Made by a program: the position numbers and the translations under genes
Notes under the pieces: generated by a model
Database searches by the model: none
The model's input: only the letters and a program-made list of their open reading frames with translations
Told to the model about the DNA's origin: nothing
NCBI GenBank assembly: GCA_039680175.1
Contig: JBDKTO010000026.1
Coordinates: 2,721-66,720, forward strand
Length of the DNA: 64,000 bases
DNA from: Veillonellales bacterium
GTDB taxonomy: Bacteria; Bacillota; Negativicutes; JAAYSF01
Direction of reading: 5' to 3'
Shown here: piece after piece, positions 27,727 to 38,011 of the stretch
Layout of the letters: every line of letters starts with the position of its first letter
Numbering within the stretch: the first letter of the stretch is position 1

Positions 27727-28950
27727 ATGTCAAAGGTAATCAAATGCGGAAAGCTGTTTTGTGCGACGGACGGCAGCGTTCAGGAAGATGCAGTCGTAAT
27801 GATTAACGACAACAAAATAGCTGAAGTGAAAAGCGGGAAAGGGTTCGTGCCTGGGGCGGAAGATGAGGTAATTGATCTTTCCGACAAATTTGTTCTTCCC
27901 GGATTGATCGATACTCATGTGCATCTTGCTTTTAACAGCACGCCATCCCTGGCTGAAATTAATGACCCGCCGGAACTGGTATCGCTGAATGGTTTGAAAA
28001 ACGCCCAAAAGAATTTATTAAGCGGGTTTACTACTGTACGGGATGAAGGATACCGCACGATTCAGGGCTGCAGTATCCTGCGGGACGCCATTAGTGCCGG
28101 CATTTTCCCCGGACCTCGCATCTATTCCAGCGGCATGTACATTACGGTTACTGCCGGGCATCTTGACGGCCGCTATCCGGTGGAAACCTCCGGTTTTAAT
28201 TCCTTCAAGCCGATTAACATTGCCAACGGGCCGGAAGAGGTCCGAACTGCCGCCCGTTACATGCTGAAATACGGCGCGGATCAGATCAAGGTGCTGGTTA
28301 CCGGCGGTGTTTTGAGTCCCGGCAACGAACCGGGGGAACAGAATATGAGTGTGGAGGAAATTGAAGCGGCAGTCGGAGTTGCCAAGATGCACGGCAAGAT
28401 TATTTCCGCCCATGCCCATGGTACGGCGGGAATTCATGCGGCAGCGGTGGCCGGTGTAACGTGTATTGAGCACTGTACCCTGGTTGATGAGGAAACGATC
28501 AAAATCATGGTTGAAAAAGGTATCCAGATTGTTCCTACGTTCATTGTGCTGAAAGTTGTAGCAGAAGAAGGTACAAAAGCAGGTATGCCCGCTTTTGCGG
28601 TGAGAAAATCAGCTGCCCTGGCGCCGTCCCATCTTGCCAATATTAAAAAGGCCTATGATGCGGGAGTCCGGGTAGTATTCGGTACTGACTGCGGCACACC
28701 CCTTACTGATCATGGGAAACAGGCCGGCGAATTTGAATTAATGATTAAAGCCGGCATTTCTCCCACAGACACGCTGCTTAGCGCTACCCGTTATGCAGCG
28801 GAGCTCCTTCGCTGGGATGATAAAATCGGTTCGATTGCGCCCGGAAAACTAGCCGATATTGTTGCGGTGGACAAGAATCCGCTGGAAGATGCATCTACTC
28901 TTAAAAATGTTACCTTTGTTATGAAAGACGGAGTCGTCTACAAACAGTAA
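27727..28950 (+). CDS. Amidohydrolase-superfamily metal-dependent hydrolase
   Basis: PGLIDTHVHL (HxH), AHAHG and GTDCG metal-ligand pattern. GAAGGAG RBS before the ATG at 27727. Substrate unknown. Confidence 0.8.
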   Translation: MSKVIKCGKLFCATDGSVQEDAVVMINDNKIAEVKSGKGFVPGAEDEVIDLSDKFVLPGLIDTHVHLAFNSTPSLAEINDPPELVSLNGLKNAQKNLLSGFTTVRDEGYRTIQGCSILRDAISAGIFPGPRIYSSGMYITVTAGHLDGRYPVETSGFNSFKPINIANGPEEVRTAARYMLKYGADQIKVLVTGGVLSPGNEPGEQNMSVEEIEAAVGVAKMHGKIISAHAHGTAGIHAAAVAGVTCIEHCTLVDEETIKIMVEKGIQIVPTFIVLKVVAEEGTKAGMPAFAVRKSAALAPSHLANIKKAYDAGVRVVFGTDCGTPLTDHGKQAGEFELMIKAGISPTDTLLSATRYAAELLRWDDKIGSIAPGKLADIVAVDKNPLEDASTLKNVTFVMKDGVVYKQ

Positions 28951-29000
28951 GGCGGTGGCTCTGGCATATGAAATGAAAAGAAGGAACGGAGGACAATTGA

Positions 29001-30260
29001 ATGAGTAAAGGGAAAATATTTTACGGCTGGTGGGTCGTGGCTGCCAGTGTTTTAATTATGGCCATGCTGCACCCGCTGATCACAACCTGCTGGGGGCTGT
29101 ACGTGAAACCGGTAACCGGGGACATGGGATTCAGCCGAAGCGCTTTTGGTTTATGCAGCACCATTATATCCGGCGTTACCGTGTTTTTGTCGCCGTATTT
29201 AGGCAAATGGCTGGCGAAAAAGAATACCCAGCTGATTCATGCCGTTTGTGTTGTTGGCCTGGCTGCTTCTTATGCCAGCTTTTCTCTGGGACAGAATATC
29301 ACTCATTTTTATATCAGCGCTATCTTTATGGGCGCATTTTCCTGCGGTGCGATTGCTCTGCCGATTTCTATTGTCATTACCAACTGGTTTGTTAAGAAAA
29401 GAGGTTTGGCTATCAGCATCGCCTTGGCAGGCAGCGGCTTCGGCGGCGCTATTATCAGCCCGATCATGGCGAATATCATCCAAACCAGCGGCTGGAGAAT
29501 GTCCTATATTATATTTGCCGTAGCTATGCTGGTCGTTAGTCTGCCGATGATTCTGCTCATGAAGAAATCTCCCGAAAAAATGGGCCTTAAGGCATACGGA
29601 GCAGATGAAGCTGCGGCCGCTGCGCAGAAGACTGCAGTGCCCAAAGTGGAACTGAATATGACTCTTGCAGAAGTAAAGCAGCACGGTTTTTTCTGGATCT
29701 ATTTATTCGGCATGTTCCTCCTTTGCTTTGTCGGTTTCGGATCGCTGAGCCAGCTGGCCGCTTTTCTGGCCGATGTCCACGGCGCCGCTTTTGCCGCCAA
29801 GATACTCTCTTTCTTCCTGATCGTTGTTACGTTAGGCAAGATATTTCTCGGCTGGGTTTATGATAAATTCGGCACCAGAATCGGTACCGGCTTTATCTCG
29901 ATCATTTTTGCGGTTTCGATCGCCTGCATGCTGTTCCCGGAATCCAAGCCGCTTATGTATGCTATGGCATTTCTCTACGGCTTGGGTATTTGTACCGGAA
30001 CGGTTTGTCCGCCGGTCATTACCGCCGCAATGTTTGGCTCGAAGCACTATGGCGAAATCTATGGCTATGTCAATTTATCGGTTTATTTAGGCGCCGCTCT
30101 GTCTGTTCCCGCAATTGCAGTCGTATATGACAGAACCGGTTCCTATCAGATGGCATGGCTGCTATGCATCGCCATGATTGCTGTTTCGCTTGCTGCCCTG
30201 CTATACAGCGATACAAAGTGCCGGTCGTTAGCCGCCGGCCGCAGCAACGAAGCGGCTTAA
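29001..30260 (+). CDS. MFS transporter (oxalate/formate-antiporter-like or monocarboxylate-like)
   Basis: Twelve predicted hydrophobic spans. The start YGWWVVAASVLIMA is typical of OFA-type MFS proteins. Confidence 0.8.
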   Translation: MSKGKIFYGWWVVAASVLIMAMLHPLITTCWGLYVKPVTGDMGFSRSAFGLCSTIISGVTVFLSPYLGKWLAKKNTQLIHAVCVVGLAASYASFSLGQNITHFYISAIFMGAFSCGAIALPISIVITNWFVKKRGLAISIALAGSGFGGAIISPIMANIIQTSGWRMSYIIFAVAMLVVSLPMILLMKKSPEKMGLKAYGADEAAAAAQKTAVPKVELNMTLAEVKQHGFFWIYLFGMFLLCFVGFGSLSQLAAFLADVHGAAFAAKILSFFLIVVTLGKIFLGWVYDKFGTRIGTGFISIIFAVSIACMLFPESKPLMYAMAFLYGLGICTGTVCPPVITAAMFGSKHYGEIYGYVNLSVYLGAALSVPAIAVVYDRTGSYQMAWLLCIAMIAVSLAALLYSDTKCRSLAAGRSNEAA

Positions 30261-30443
30261 TCGCTATCGCGTTTTCTTGCGAAGAATAGATTGTAATTTC
30301 TCCCGGTTTGATTTACAATAAAGTTTAATAGAATGATTTATCGAGGCATAGGGGCCAGTTTGAGCAATCAAATTGTCTCTATGTCTTTTTTTTTACTTCA
30401 TTGTAGGAACCTGACAGCAGAAGACCCGGGAGGGGGTGGTTTG

Positions 30444-33167
30444 ATGCATTCCGAAATCATCGTCAAGCAGTCGACAATCAGCGCCTTGATGCTGGGTATC
30501 TTTTTTCTCATCGCCATACTTCTTGGCAGCAGTATTGTTTATATGAATTCCAGTATTAAAGACGAGCAGATCGCCGAGCAGAGAAGAACGGAATTTAAGC
30601 AGCTGGGGATCAATTTGGCCAATGCGTCCGATTACCTCACCGATGAGGCGAGAAAATATGCGGTGACCAGAGATGAAGTTCATATGTATAAATACTGGGA
30701 AGAAATCAATGAAACCCAAACCCGGGATAAGGTGATGTCAAGATTAAGCGAGCTGAATTCACCGGAGGAGGAAATGGCGCTGCTGGCGGAAGCCAAGAAA
30801 AATTCCGATGCCCTGGTCAATACGGAACGCCATTCCATGCGGCTGATATTGACGGCAGAGAATGTCCCGGAAGAGGAAATGCCGTCGGAAGTCGCATCGT
30901 TTCAGCTGAGCGAAGAAGATCGGCAGCTTAGCGCCGCTGAAAAACTGGCGAAAGCGCGCAATGTTATGTTCGACGCCAAGTATGATGCGGATAAGCGGAG
31001 CATTATGGGGCCGATTGCCCAGTTTCAGACCATTATGAACGCCAGGCTGGAAGCGGAGCTGGAGGTTGCCCGGGAGGGAACGACAAAAGCGGCGATTTTG
31101 CAGACGGTGCTGGCAGTGATTATTATTTGCGCCGTTGCTGTGCTGATCCGGGTACTGTTTACGCAGATCACATCGCCAATCAACCATTATACGGAGCGGC
31201 TAAAGGTATTTTCTTTCCGGCAGGAAGCTTTCAGTCTGATCCCGGAAGGGTCTCAGGAGCTGCATCTGCTGGCGACGACTTTTAATGATTTGTACGCCTC
31301 GTTTCAGGAGGAACTGGTAAAACGGCGACAGGCGGAAGCCACGATGCGGACGGCAAAAGACGAGGCGGAAATGGCCAATCATGCCAAAAGCGAATTTCTG
31401 GCTCATATGAGCCACGAGATTCGGACCCCATTAAACACCATTATCGGCTATCATTATTTGCTGGAAAATACAGCCCTGGACGGGAAGCAAGCCGGGTATG
31501 TGCGCAACCTGGGTATGGCGGCGGCGAATCTGCTGGGGATTATTAATGAAATTCTTGATTTCTCTAAAATAGAAGCCCGGAAAATGGTTTTGGAAGCAGT
31601 CAATTTTGATTTGTACGCTATGCTCGAAGAGCTTTGCAGTATCATGCAGGTGGAAGCATCACGAAAAAATCTGCAGCTCGGTTTTGCGATTCAGCCGGCT
31701 GTGCCCCGCTGCGTGAAGGGCGATATGACAAGGCTTAAGCAGGTGATGCTGAACCTGCTTTCCAATGGAATGAAATTCACCCATGCCGGCGGGGTGCAGA
31801 TTACGGTAGAGCTGCTGGAAAAACAGGCGGATCGGCTGATTCTTGGGTTTCACGTGGCGGATACAGGCATCGGCATACCGGAAGGACAGAGCGAAAAATT
31901 GTTTGAGGTGTTCACACAAGGTGATGTTTCCACTTCCCGCAAGTACGGCGGAACCGGACTGGGACTGGCGATCTGCCAAAAGATTGTTGAACTGATGGAA
32001 GGAAAATTTCAGGTTGAAAGCACCGTTGGCAAGGGATCGACTTTTAGTTTTTCGGCAAAATTAAGCATTGCCGATGGGATTCCGGTTGAGGGGCCGGACA
32101 GCGGGCCGGCTCGGCTGCAGGCAGTTTTTGCCCCCAAAAGGGTGCTGTTGGTAGAAGACAATTCGATCAACCGGCAGATGACGCAAGAGATCCTCACGTA
32201 TCTTGGTTTTACTGCCGATACGGCAGCCAGTGGGTTTGAAGCGGTACAAATGGCGCAGCAGCGGCAGTATGACGCGATTTTAATGGATATCCGCATGCCG
32301 GAGATGGACGGCTATGAAGCGGCCCGCCGTATTCAGGCGCTGAAACGGGAACAGATTCCGCCGATTATTGCTTTGTCGGCCGACGCAGTGGAAGGGGTGG
32401 CCGAAAAGACGAAAGCAGCCGGCATGAGCGGGTATCTTACTAAACCGCTGAATCCGGCGAAACTGCTGGCGGTTTTAAAGCAATTTGTTGCCGTTGAGGC
32501 TGCGGCTGCAGCGGCGGAATGCTGCGACGAGGCAACGCAGCAAAATACAGATTTTGATTTTGCCAAGGGATTGGACCGGATCGGCGGCAAGCAGGCGGTG
32601 TATCGGGAGATCCTTCAGCAGTTTATTTCCCGTCACCGGGAAGACGGCAGTAAACTGAAACAACTGATCGCCGCAGGCCAGCTTGCCGAAGCCCAGCAGG
32701 TACTTCATACGATAAAGGGGATTGCCGCCAATATCGGGGCGAATTCTCTGCGGGAGGCGTCGTTGGAATTAGGGGAAATCCTGAAAAATCCTGCCCGGGG
32801 AATTTTGCCGCAGGTTCAGGGACGTTTTTTCGCCGTCCTGCAGGCAACCTGTCATGCTGCGGCCGCTTTCAGTGCGGCTGTCGGGGATGAACCACCGGTA
32901 CAGGATACGGCCATCCCGGCGGAAAATACGCAAGAACTTTTACGGCGGCTGCTGGCATTGCTGGATGAGGGGGATGCCGAGGCAAAGCACTTTTTTGCCG
33001 CCGGTAAGCCTTATTTCGCGAAAGTTATGGCGACGGAAGAGTATGAACGGCTGCGGGGAAAAATTTCTGTCTACAGTTTTGATGAAGCAGCCCGGGAACT
33101 GCGGCGTATATTGCAAGGCTCTGCCGGGCGCGGGAAGCCGGCGAAGGGAGGTGCATTCTATGTATAA
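30444..33167 (+). CDS. Hybrid sensor histidine kinase (helical periplasmic sensor, HisKA, HATPase_c, REC, HPt)
   Basis: H-box SHEIRTPLNTI. DTGIGIP/GGTGLGLAICQKIV. REC has LLVEDNSINR, ILMDIRMPEMDG and TKPL. The C-terminal HPt has LHTIKGIAANIGA. GGGAGGGGG RBS before the ATG at 30444. Confidence 0.88.
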   Translation: MHSEIIVKQSTISALMLGIFFLIAILLGSSIVYMNSSIKDEQIAEQRRTEFKQLGINLANASDYLTDEARKYAVTRDEVHMYKYWEEINETQTRDKVMSRLSELNSPEEEMALLAEAKKNSDALVNTERHSMRLILTAENVPEEEMPSEVASFQLSEEDRQLSAAEKLAKARNVMFDAKYDADKRSIMGPIAQFQTIMNARLEAELEVAREGTTKAAILQTVLAVIIICAVAVLIRVLFTQITSPINHYTERLKVFSFRQEAFSLIPEGSQELHLLATTFNDLYASFQEELVKRRQAEATMRTAKDEAEMANHAKSEFLAHMSHEIRTPLNTIIGYHYLLENTALDGKQAGYVRNLGMAAANLLGIINEILDFSKIEARKMVLEAVNFDLYAMLEELCSIMQVEASRKNLQLGFAIQPAVPRCVKGDMTRLKQVMLNLLSNGMKFTHAGGVQITVELLEKQADRLILGFHVADTGIGIPEGQSEKLFEVFTQGDVSTSRKYGGTGLGLAICQKIVELMEGKFQVESTVGKGSTFSFSAKLSIADGIPVEGPDSGPARLQAVFAPKRVLLVEDNSINRQMTQEILTYLGFTADTAASGFEAVQMAQQRQYDAILMDIRMPEMDGYEAARRIQALKREQIPPIIALSADAVEGVAEKTKAAGMSGYLTKPLNPAKLLAVLKQFVAVEAAAAAAECCDEATQQNTDFDFAKGLDRIGGKQAVYREILQQFISRHREDGSKLKQLIAAGQLAEAQQVLHTIKGIAANIGANSLREASLELGEILKNPARGILPQVQGRFFAVLQATCHAAAAFSAAVGDEPPVQDTAIPAENTQELLRRLLALLDEGDAEAKHFFAAGKPYFAKVMATEEYERLRGKISVYSFDEAARELRRILQGSAGRGKPAKGGAFYV

Positions 33168-34242
33168 CGTATTGCTGGTGGACGACGATAAAACCATCCG
33201 CTATATGCTGCGGCGGTTCACTGATTGGGAACGGTATGGGTTCTGCCTTGCCGGTGAAGCCTGTGACGGCAGGGAGGCGCTCAAACAACTGTCTGCCGGT
33301 TCTTTTGAACTGGTGATTACCGATATCCGGATGCCGGGAATGAATGGCATCGAATTTTTCCAGGAATTGAAAATCAGGCAGATCAATGTCTGTCTGATTT
33401 TTCTCAGCACGTACAATGATTTTGAATATGCCCAGCAGGGCATACGCCTCGGTGTGTTTGACTACATGACAAAACCGGTGGATGACAGGGCGTTGGGGGA
33501 AGTGCTGGCAAGAGCGAAACAGCATTTGGATGAAGCAAAGTTTCTCCGGCTGAAGCTTGATGAAGAAAAGAAGCTGGTGGAGGAAAGTATAGCCTTGTAT
33601 TATCCGGCTGAACGGGAAAAAGAACTGGTGCGGCTGTTATTTCAGGGCGATGAAGCGGTGCTGGCCGCAGCGGAAGATGCCGTCGCCGCAATAACGGGGA
33701 ATTCAGGCCGGGATCTGCTGAAAACAACGATGCTGTTTGAAAAGCTGACGGTTCACATCCGGGAGGGAATGGCGGAAAATTTTCCCCGGATTTCCCAGCT
33801 GGAAAATATGGTTTCGCCCAAAGAATTTCAGCATCTGAAAACGACAGAGGAAGTGCGGGCAGTGTTTTTGCAGTATATCGGCACTCTGCTGGACGTCGTG
33901 CGAAAATATGAATTACATCAGAAGGACGGTATTGTCAGAAGAACCTGTCAATATGTGCTGAACCATGTGGAGGAAGATGTTACGCTGGAAGATGTCGCCA
34001 CGGAAGTTCATGTAAGCAAAAGCTATATCGGCAAGCTTTTCAAGCAGAAAACAGGTTCCAATTTCAATGATTATGTGACGAAAGTCAAAATGGAGCATGC
34101 CAAGGCGCTGCTGCGCAGCGGTGAGTATAAAAATTATGAAATCAGCGATAAGCTGGGCTACAGCAGTCCCGATTATTTTGGCCGCTTGTTTAAGCAATAC
34201 AGCGGCTGCACGCCGCTGGAGTTTCGCAAGCAAGGGTTATAG
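33160..34242 (+). CDS. Response regulator with AraC-type HTH output (YesN-like)
   Basis: VLLVDDDKTIR, VITDIRMPGMNG and KP. The C-terminal AraC signature is SKSYIGKLFKQKTGSNFNDY...GYSSPDYFGRLFKQYSGCTP. An 8-nt overlap with the kinase stop. Confidence 0.88.
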   Translation: MYNVLLVDDDKTIRYMLRRFTDWERYGFCLAGEACDGREALKQLSAGSFELVITDIRMPGMNGIEFFQELKIRQINVCLIFLSTYNDFEYAQQGIRLGVFDYMTKPVDDRALGEVLARAKQHLDEAKFLRLKLDEEKKLVEESIALYYPAEREKELVRLLFQGDEAVLAAAEDAVAAITGNSGRDLLKTTMLFEKLTVHIREGMAENFPRISQLENMVSPKEFQHLKTTEEVRAVFLQYIGTLLDVVRKYELHQKDGIVRRTCQYVLNHVEEDVTLEDVATEVHVSKSYIGKLFKQKTGSNFNDYVTKVKMEHAKALLRSGEYKNYEISDKLGYSSPDYFGRLFKQYSGCTPLEFRKQGL

Positions 34243-34341
34243 TCATTGCTTTGTTTTAAAATGAGACGGCTGATAAAGCCGTTTTCCACTTTTTTAGGGT
34301 AAAATTGCAGATTTGTGATGTTCATTTTTCTCGCTAAGCGG

Positions 34342-34369
34342 TTTACAATAGAGTCAAGTCAAATATAGT
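34342..34369 (+). promoter_or_regulatory. Possible SigA-type promoter upstream of urtA
   Basis: TTTACA, a 16-nt spacer, then TATAGT. This rests on sequence pattern alone. Confidence 0.35.
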
Positions 34370-34549
34370 TGATAAGTTAAACCAGCATAGGCGCTGTGAG
34401 TGATGTCCTTCGGACCGCATTAGCGGAAACGATGAACATTGCCGCAGCGCTTTTTGTTTGGTACGCAGCGCGCTGCCGACAGCTATCAGCGGGATATGAT
34501 TTTGGCCAAATCTTATCCAGACAAAATTGTGGTGAAAGGTGGCAATCTT

Positions 34550-35800
34550 ATGGGAAATGGCATTTTTAAAAAAATTAAAGGCAGTATTGCAGGCGTCATC
34601 CTGGCAACCTTTCTGTTGTCAACAATGTTGACGGGCTGCTCGTCCTCCAAGCAGGCGGCTCAGAATCCGGCAGCCGGAGGAGATACGATTAAAGTCGGCG
34701 TTCTCCATTCCCTCAGCGGCACGATGGCAATCAGCGAGGTGTCGGTAAGAGATGCGGAATTGATGGCAATCGAAGAAATCAATGCCTCCGGCGGTGTGCT
34801 GGGCAAGAAACTGGAACCGGTGATTGAGGATGGCGCGTCCAATCCGGCCACCTTTGCCGAAAAAGCCAAAAAATTATTGCAGAAAGACAAAGTGGCTACT
34901 ATTTTTGGCTGCTGGACTTCCGCCAGCCGGAAAGCTGTTCTGCCGGTAGTGGAAGATAATAAGGGACTGCTATGGTATCCTGTGCAATATGAAGGCATGG
35001 AAGCATCGCCCAACATTTTTTATACAGGCGCTGCGCCCAATCAGCAGATTGTTCCGGCGGTAGAATGGCTGCTGCAGAATAAAGGCAAAAAGTTTTTCTT
35101 AATTGGCTCTGATTATGTATTCCCGCGAACCGCCAATAAGATTATCAAGGCTCAGCTGCAGGCTATGGGCGGCGAACTGATTGCCGAAGAATATACTCCG
35201 ATGGGGCATACCGACTACACCACGATCATTAATAAAATCAAAGCCTCCAAGCCGGATGTGGTATTCAATACCTTGAACGGCGACAGCAATGTGGCATTCT
35301 TCAAACAGCTGAAAGATGCCGGAATTACCTCTAAAGATCTTACTACGCTTTCGGTGAGCATTGCGGAAGAAGAGGTTCGCGGCATTGGCGCGGACAACAT
35401 GAAAGGACATCTGGTATCCTGGAACTACTATCAAACAACCGACACACCGGAAAACAAGGAATTTGTTAAGAAATACAAGGGAAAATACGGTGCGGACCGG
35501 GTAACCGATGATCCGATCGAAGCTGCTTACGATGCCGTTTATCTGTGGGCGGCAGCAGTTAACAAAGCCGGTTCCACCGATGTTGACAAAGTGAAGGAAG
35601 CGGCTAAGGGATTAGAATTCAAAGCGCCTGAGGGACTCGTAAAAATTGAGGGCGAGAACCAGCATTTATGGAAGCCGGTACGGATCGGCGAAGTTACGGA
35701 AGACGGGCTGATTAAGGAAGTCTGGAGTACCGTTAAAACCATTAAACCGGATCCCTTCCTGAAAGCCTACGAATGGGCTAAATCACTCAGCAATTCATAA
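34550..35800 (+). CDS. urtA: Urea ABC transporter substrate-binding lipoprotein
   Basis: Lipobox [21 protein letters not shown] and [12 protein letters not shown] are typical of UrtA/AmiC-like proteins. Followed by urtBCDE and ureABC. Confidence 0.85.
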   Translation: MGNGIFKKIKGSIAGVILATFLLSTMLTGCSSSKQAAQNPAAGGDTIKVGVLHSLSGTMAISEVSVRDAELMAIEEINASGGVLGKKLEPVIEDGASNPATFAEKAKKLLQKDKVATIFGCWTSASRKAVLPVVEDNKGLLWYPVQYEGMEASPNIFYTGAAPNQQIVPAVEWLLQNKGKKFFLIGSDYVFPRTANKIIKAQLQAMGGELIAEEYTPMGHTDYTTIINKIKASKPDVVFNTLNGDSNVAFFKQLKDAGITSKDLTTLSVSIAEEEVRGIGADNMKGHLVSWNYYQTTDTPENKEFVKKYKGKYGADRVTDDPIEAAYDAVYLWAAAVNKAGSTDVDKVKEAAKGLEFKAPEGLVKIEGENQHLWKPVRIGEVTEDGLIKEVWSTVKTIKPDPFLKAYEWAKSLSNS

Positions 35801-35923
35801 CCATCACGCTACAGCTTGGTTAAGACGGTGCAGGTAAGTGCCCAATTTGCCTGTACCGTTTAAACCGGGATGTTATGTACAGTGTTGACGGATAGGGGAA
35901 TTTATCGAAAAGGTGGTGGGCGG

Positions 35924-36838
35924 ATGGATACCTATATCATTCAGATTTTTAACGGGATCAGCGTGAGTTCCATATTTATTCTGGCGGCCTTGGGACTTGG
36001 CATTACCTTCGGGCTGATGAAAGTGATTAATATGGCTCATGGCGAGTTTATTATGATTGGCGCGTATGTTACTTATTTGCTGCAAAATTTATTTCTTACC
36101 CATGTGGATAAAAGTATTTTCGATCTTTATTTCTTTTTGGCGATTCCGGCTGCATTCCTGATTGCCGGAGTGATGGGACTTATTCTGGAAATGACAGTAA
36201 TACGGCATCTTTATGGAAGACCGTTGGATAGTATGTTGGCGACCTGGGGAGTCAGTCTGGTGCTGCAGCAGCTGGCGAGAAGCATTTTCGGCGCTCCCAA
36301 TGTGGATGTGAGAAGTCCGGCCTGGCTGAACGGCGGCTGGATTGTCAGCCAGGGACTGCAGTTTCCCTACAAGCGGCTGTTTATTATCGCTTTGGTTGTG
36401 GTTTGCATGGCTGCTGTTTTTTGGCTGCTGTATAAAACAGCAACCGGCCGGCGTATCCGGGCGGTAATGCAGAACCGGAATATGGCGGCCAGCCTGGGGA
36501 TCAATACCCGGAAGATCGATGCCTATACCTTCGCAATCGGCTCGGGAATGGCCGGCGTCGCCGGCTGCGCTTTAACTTTGATCGGGTCTATCGGTCCGGC
36601 GCTGGGGACGGCGTATATTGTGGATACTTTCATGGTGGTTGTTCTCGGCGGCGTCGGAACGCTGTGGGGAATCGTGGCCGGCGGTCTGGTCATTGGGACT
36701 TCCAATACGACTTTTGAATTCTTTACTAATACGTCACTGGGAAAAGTCCTGGTGTTTACGCTGGTGATTTTATTCTTGCAATGGAAACCGAAAGGTTTGT
36801 TTACGATCAACAGCCGGTCACTGGATGATCAGGTGTAG
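35924..36838 (+). CDS. urtB: Urea ABC transporter permease
   Basis: LivH-like branched-chain-type permease in a urt context. Confidence 0.82.
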   Translation: MDTYIIQIFNGISVSSIFILAALGLGITFGLMKVINMAHGEFIMIGAYVTYLLQNLFLTHVDKSIFDLYFFLAIPAAFLIAGVMGLILEMTVIRHLYGRPLDSMLATWGVSLVLQQLARSIFGAPNVDVRSPAWLNGGWIVSQGLQFPYKRLFIIALVVVCMAAVFWLLYKTATGRRIRAVMQNRNMAASLGINTRKIDAYTFAIGSGMAGVAGCALTLIGSIGPALGTAYIVDTFMVVVLGGVGTLWGIVAGGLVIGTSNTTFEFFTNTSLGKVLVFTLVILFLQWKPKGLFTINSRSLDDQV

Positions 36839-36849
36839 CGGCAGAGGAG

Positions 36850-37947
36850 GTGTATGTCTTGAAAATTCTTGACCGGATTCAATCTAAGGAAAAACTGGTT
36901 TTTGGCGTTATCGCTATTTTACTGCTGCTGGCCCCCTTATTTTTGTCGGAGTTTCGCGTCAATCTGCTGGGCAAGTTTGTGGCCTTTGCTATTCTGGCCC
37001 TTGGTTTGGATTTAATCTGGGGCTATACCGGTATTTTAAGTATGGGACACGGCGTGTTTTTTGGCCTGGGAGCCTACGGCATGGCCATGTATCTGAAGCT
37101 GGAAGCCGCCCACGGGAAGATTCCCGACTTTATGTCCTGGAGCGGACTGGAGACGCTGCCCTGGTTTTGGAAACCGTTTTCCAGCGGTGCATTTTCTCTT
37201 ACCATGGCGATTCTGATCCCTACTATTGTGGCAGGAATTATCGGCTATCTTACTTTTAAAAACCGGATTCGCGGTGTTTATTTTTCTATTTTATCTCAGG
37301 CATTATCGATTATCTTCGTGGTACTGTTTGTCGGTCAGCAGGCGTATACCGGCGGCACCAACGGATTGACGGATTTCAGAACCATCTTCGGGTTTCCCTT
37401 GTCGCTGGATTCAACCCAGCTGGGACTTTATTATGCATCGGTCGGACTGCTGATTTTGGCGTATATTTTATGTACCGTGTTAGTGGAAAGAAGGATCGGG
37501 AAAATTTTGGTGGCGATTCGGGACGGTGAAAACCGGGTACGATTTTCCGGCTACAATCCGACGAGCTACAAAGTATTTGTTTTCTGTTTATCTGCCGCTC
37601 TGGCCGGAATTGCCGGTGCTATTTATGTACCCCAGGTGGGGATTATCTCGCCGGCGGAAATGGGTATCGTGCCTTCTATTGAAATGGTGATCTGGGTGGC
37701 CATCGGCGGCAAGGGAACATTAATCGGCGCTGTAATCGGCGCTATTCTGGTCAATGCCCTGAAAAGCGGCATCAGCGAAAGCTTTCCCGACGTTTGGTCC
37801 TTCTTTATCGGCTTTGCCTTTGTCGCCGTTGTATTGTATATGCCGACGGGCATTGTCGGCCTGGTCAAAACAATTGCCGGAAAAATCACTGGAAATTCAA
37901 GACAATGCAAGCGCGGCAGTACGGGGAACAGCAATGAAGCAGCCTAA
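36850..37947 (+). CDS. urtC: Urea ABC transporter permease
   Basis: LivM-like permease (DLIWGYTGILSMGHGVFFGLGAY). The start is uncertain: GTG at 36850 or TTG at 36859. Confidence 0.82.
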   Translation: MYVLKILDRIQSKEKLVFGVIAILLLLAPLFLSEFRVNLLGKFVAFAILALGLDLIWGYTGILSMGHGVFFGLGAYGMAMYLKLEAAHGKIPDFMSWSGLETLPWFWKPFSSGAFSLTMAILIPTIVAGIIGYLTFKNRIRGVYFSILSQALSIIFVVLFVGQQAYTGGTNGLTDFRTIFGFPLSLDSTQLGLYYASVGLLILAYILCTVLVERRIGKILVAIRDGENRVRFSGYNPTSYKVFVFCLSAALAGIAGAIYVPQVGIISPAEMGIVPSIEMVIWVAIGGKGTLIGAVIGAILVNALKSGISESFPDVWSFFIGFAFVAVVLYMPTGIVGLVKTIAGKITGNSRQCKRGSTGNSNEAA

Positions 37948-38011
37948 GAAAATCAATACCATGTCTGTCAGTTCCGGTATCTCGTTATTTTAAAAAGGAG
38001 GTATCATTTTT

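Noticed and set aside
32854-33159. N-terminal extensions given by the longest-ORF track: 32854 for the YesN-like regulator, and likewise 34439 (urtA), 35870 (urtB), 44082 (uxaA small subunit), 56449 (MacB permease), 57775 (aminopeptidase), 27676 (amidohydrolase) and 30333 (hybrid kinase).
   Set aside because: The extensions overlap upstream genes, terminators or promoters. Internal ATG/GTG codons with proper Shine-Dalgarno spacing coincide with the conserved N-termini of the families.
34243-34549. A guanidine-I (ykkC) or other nitrogen-related riboswitch, or a TnrA/GlnR box (TGTNA-N7-TNACA), upstream of urtA.
   Set aside because: The conserved ykkC blocks (GGGUUCCG, GGUCCGAGAG, ACGG...GGGA) are absent. 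The only TGTGA-containing stretch lacks the matching TNACA half-site.
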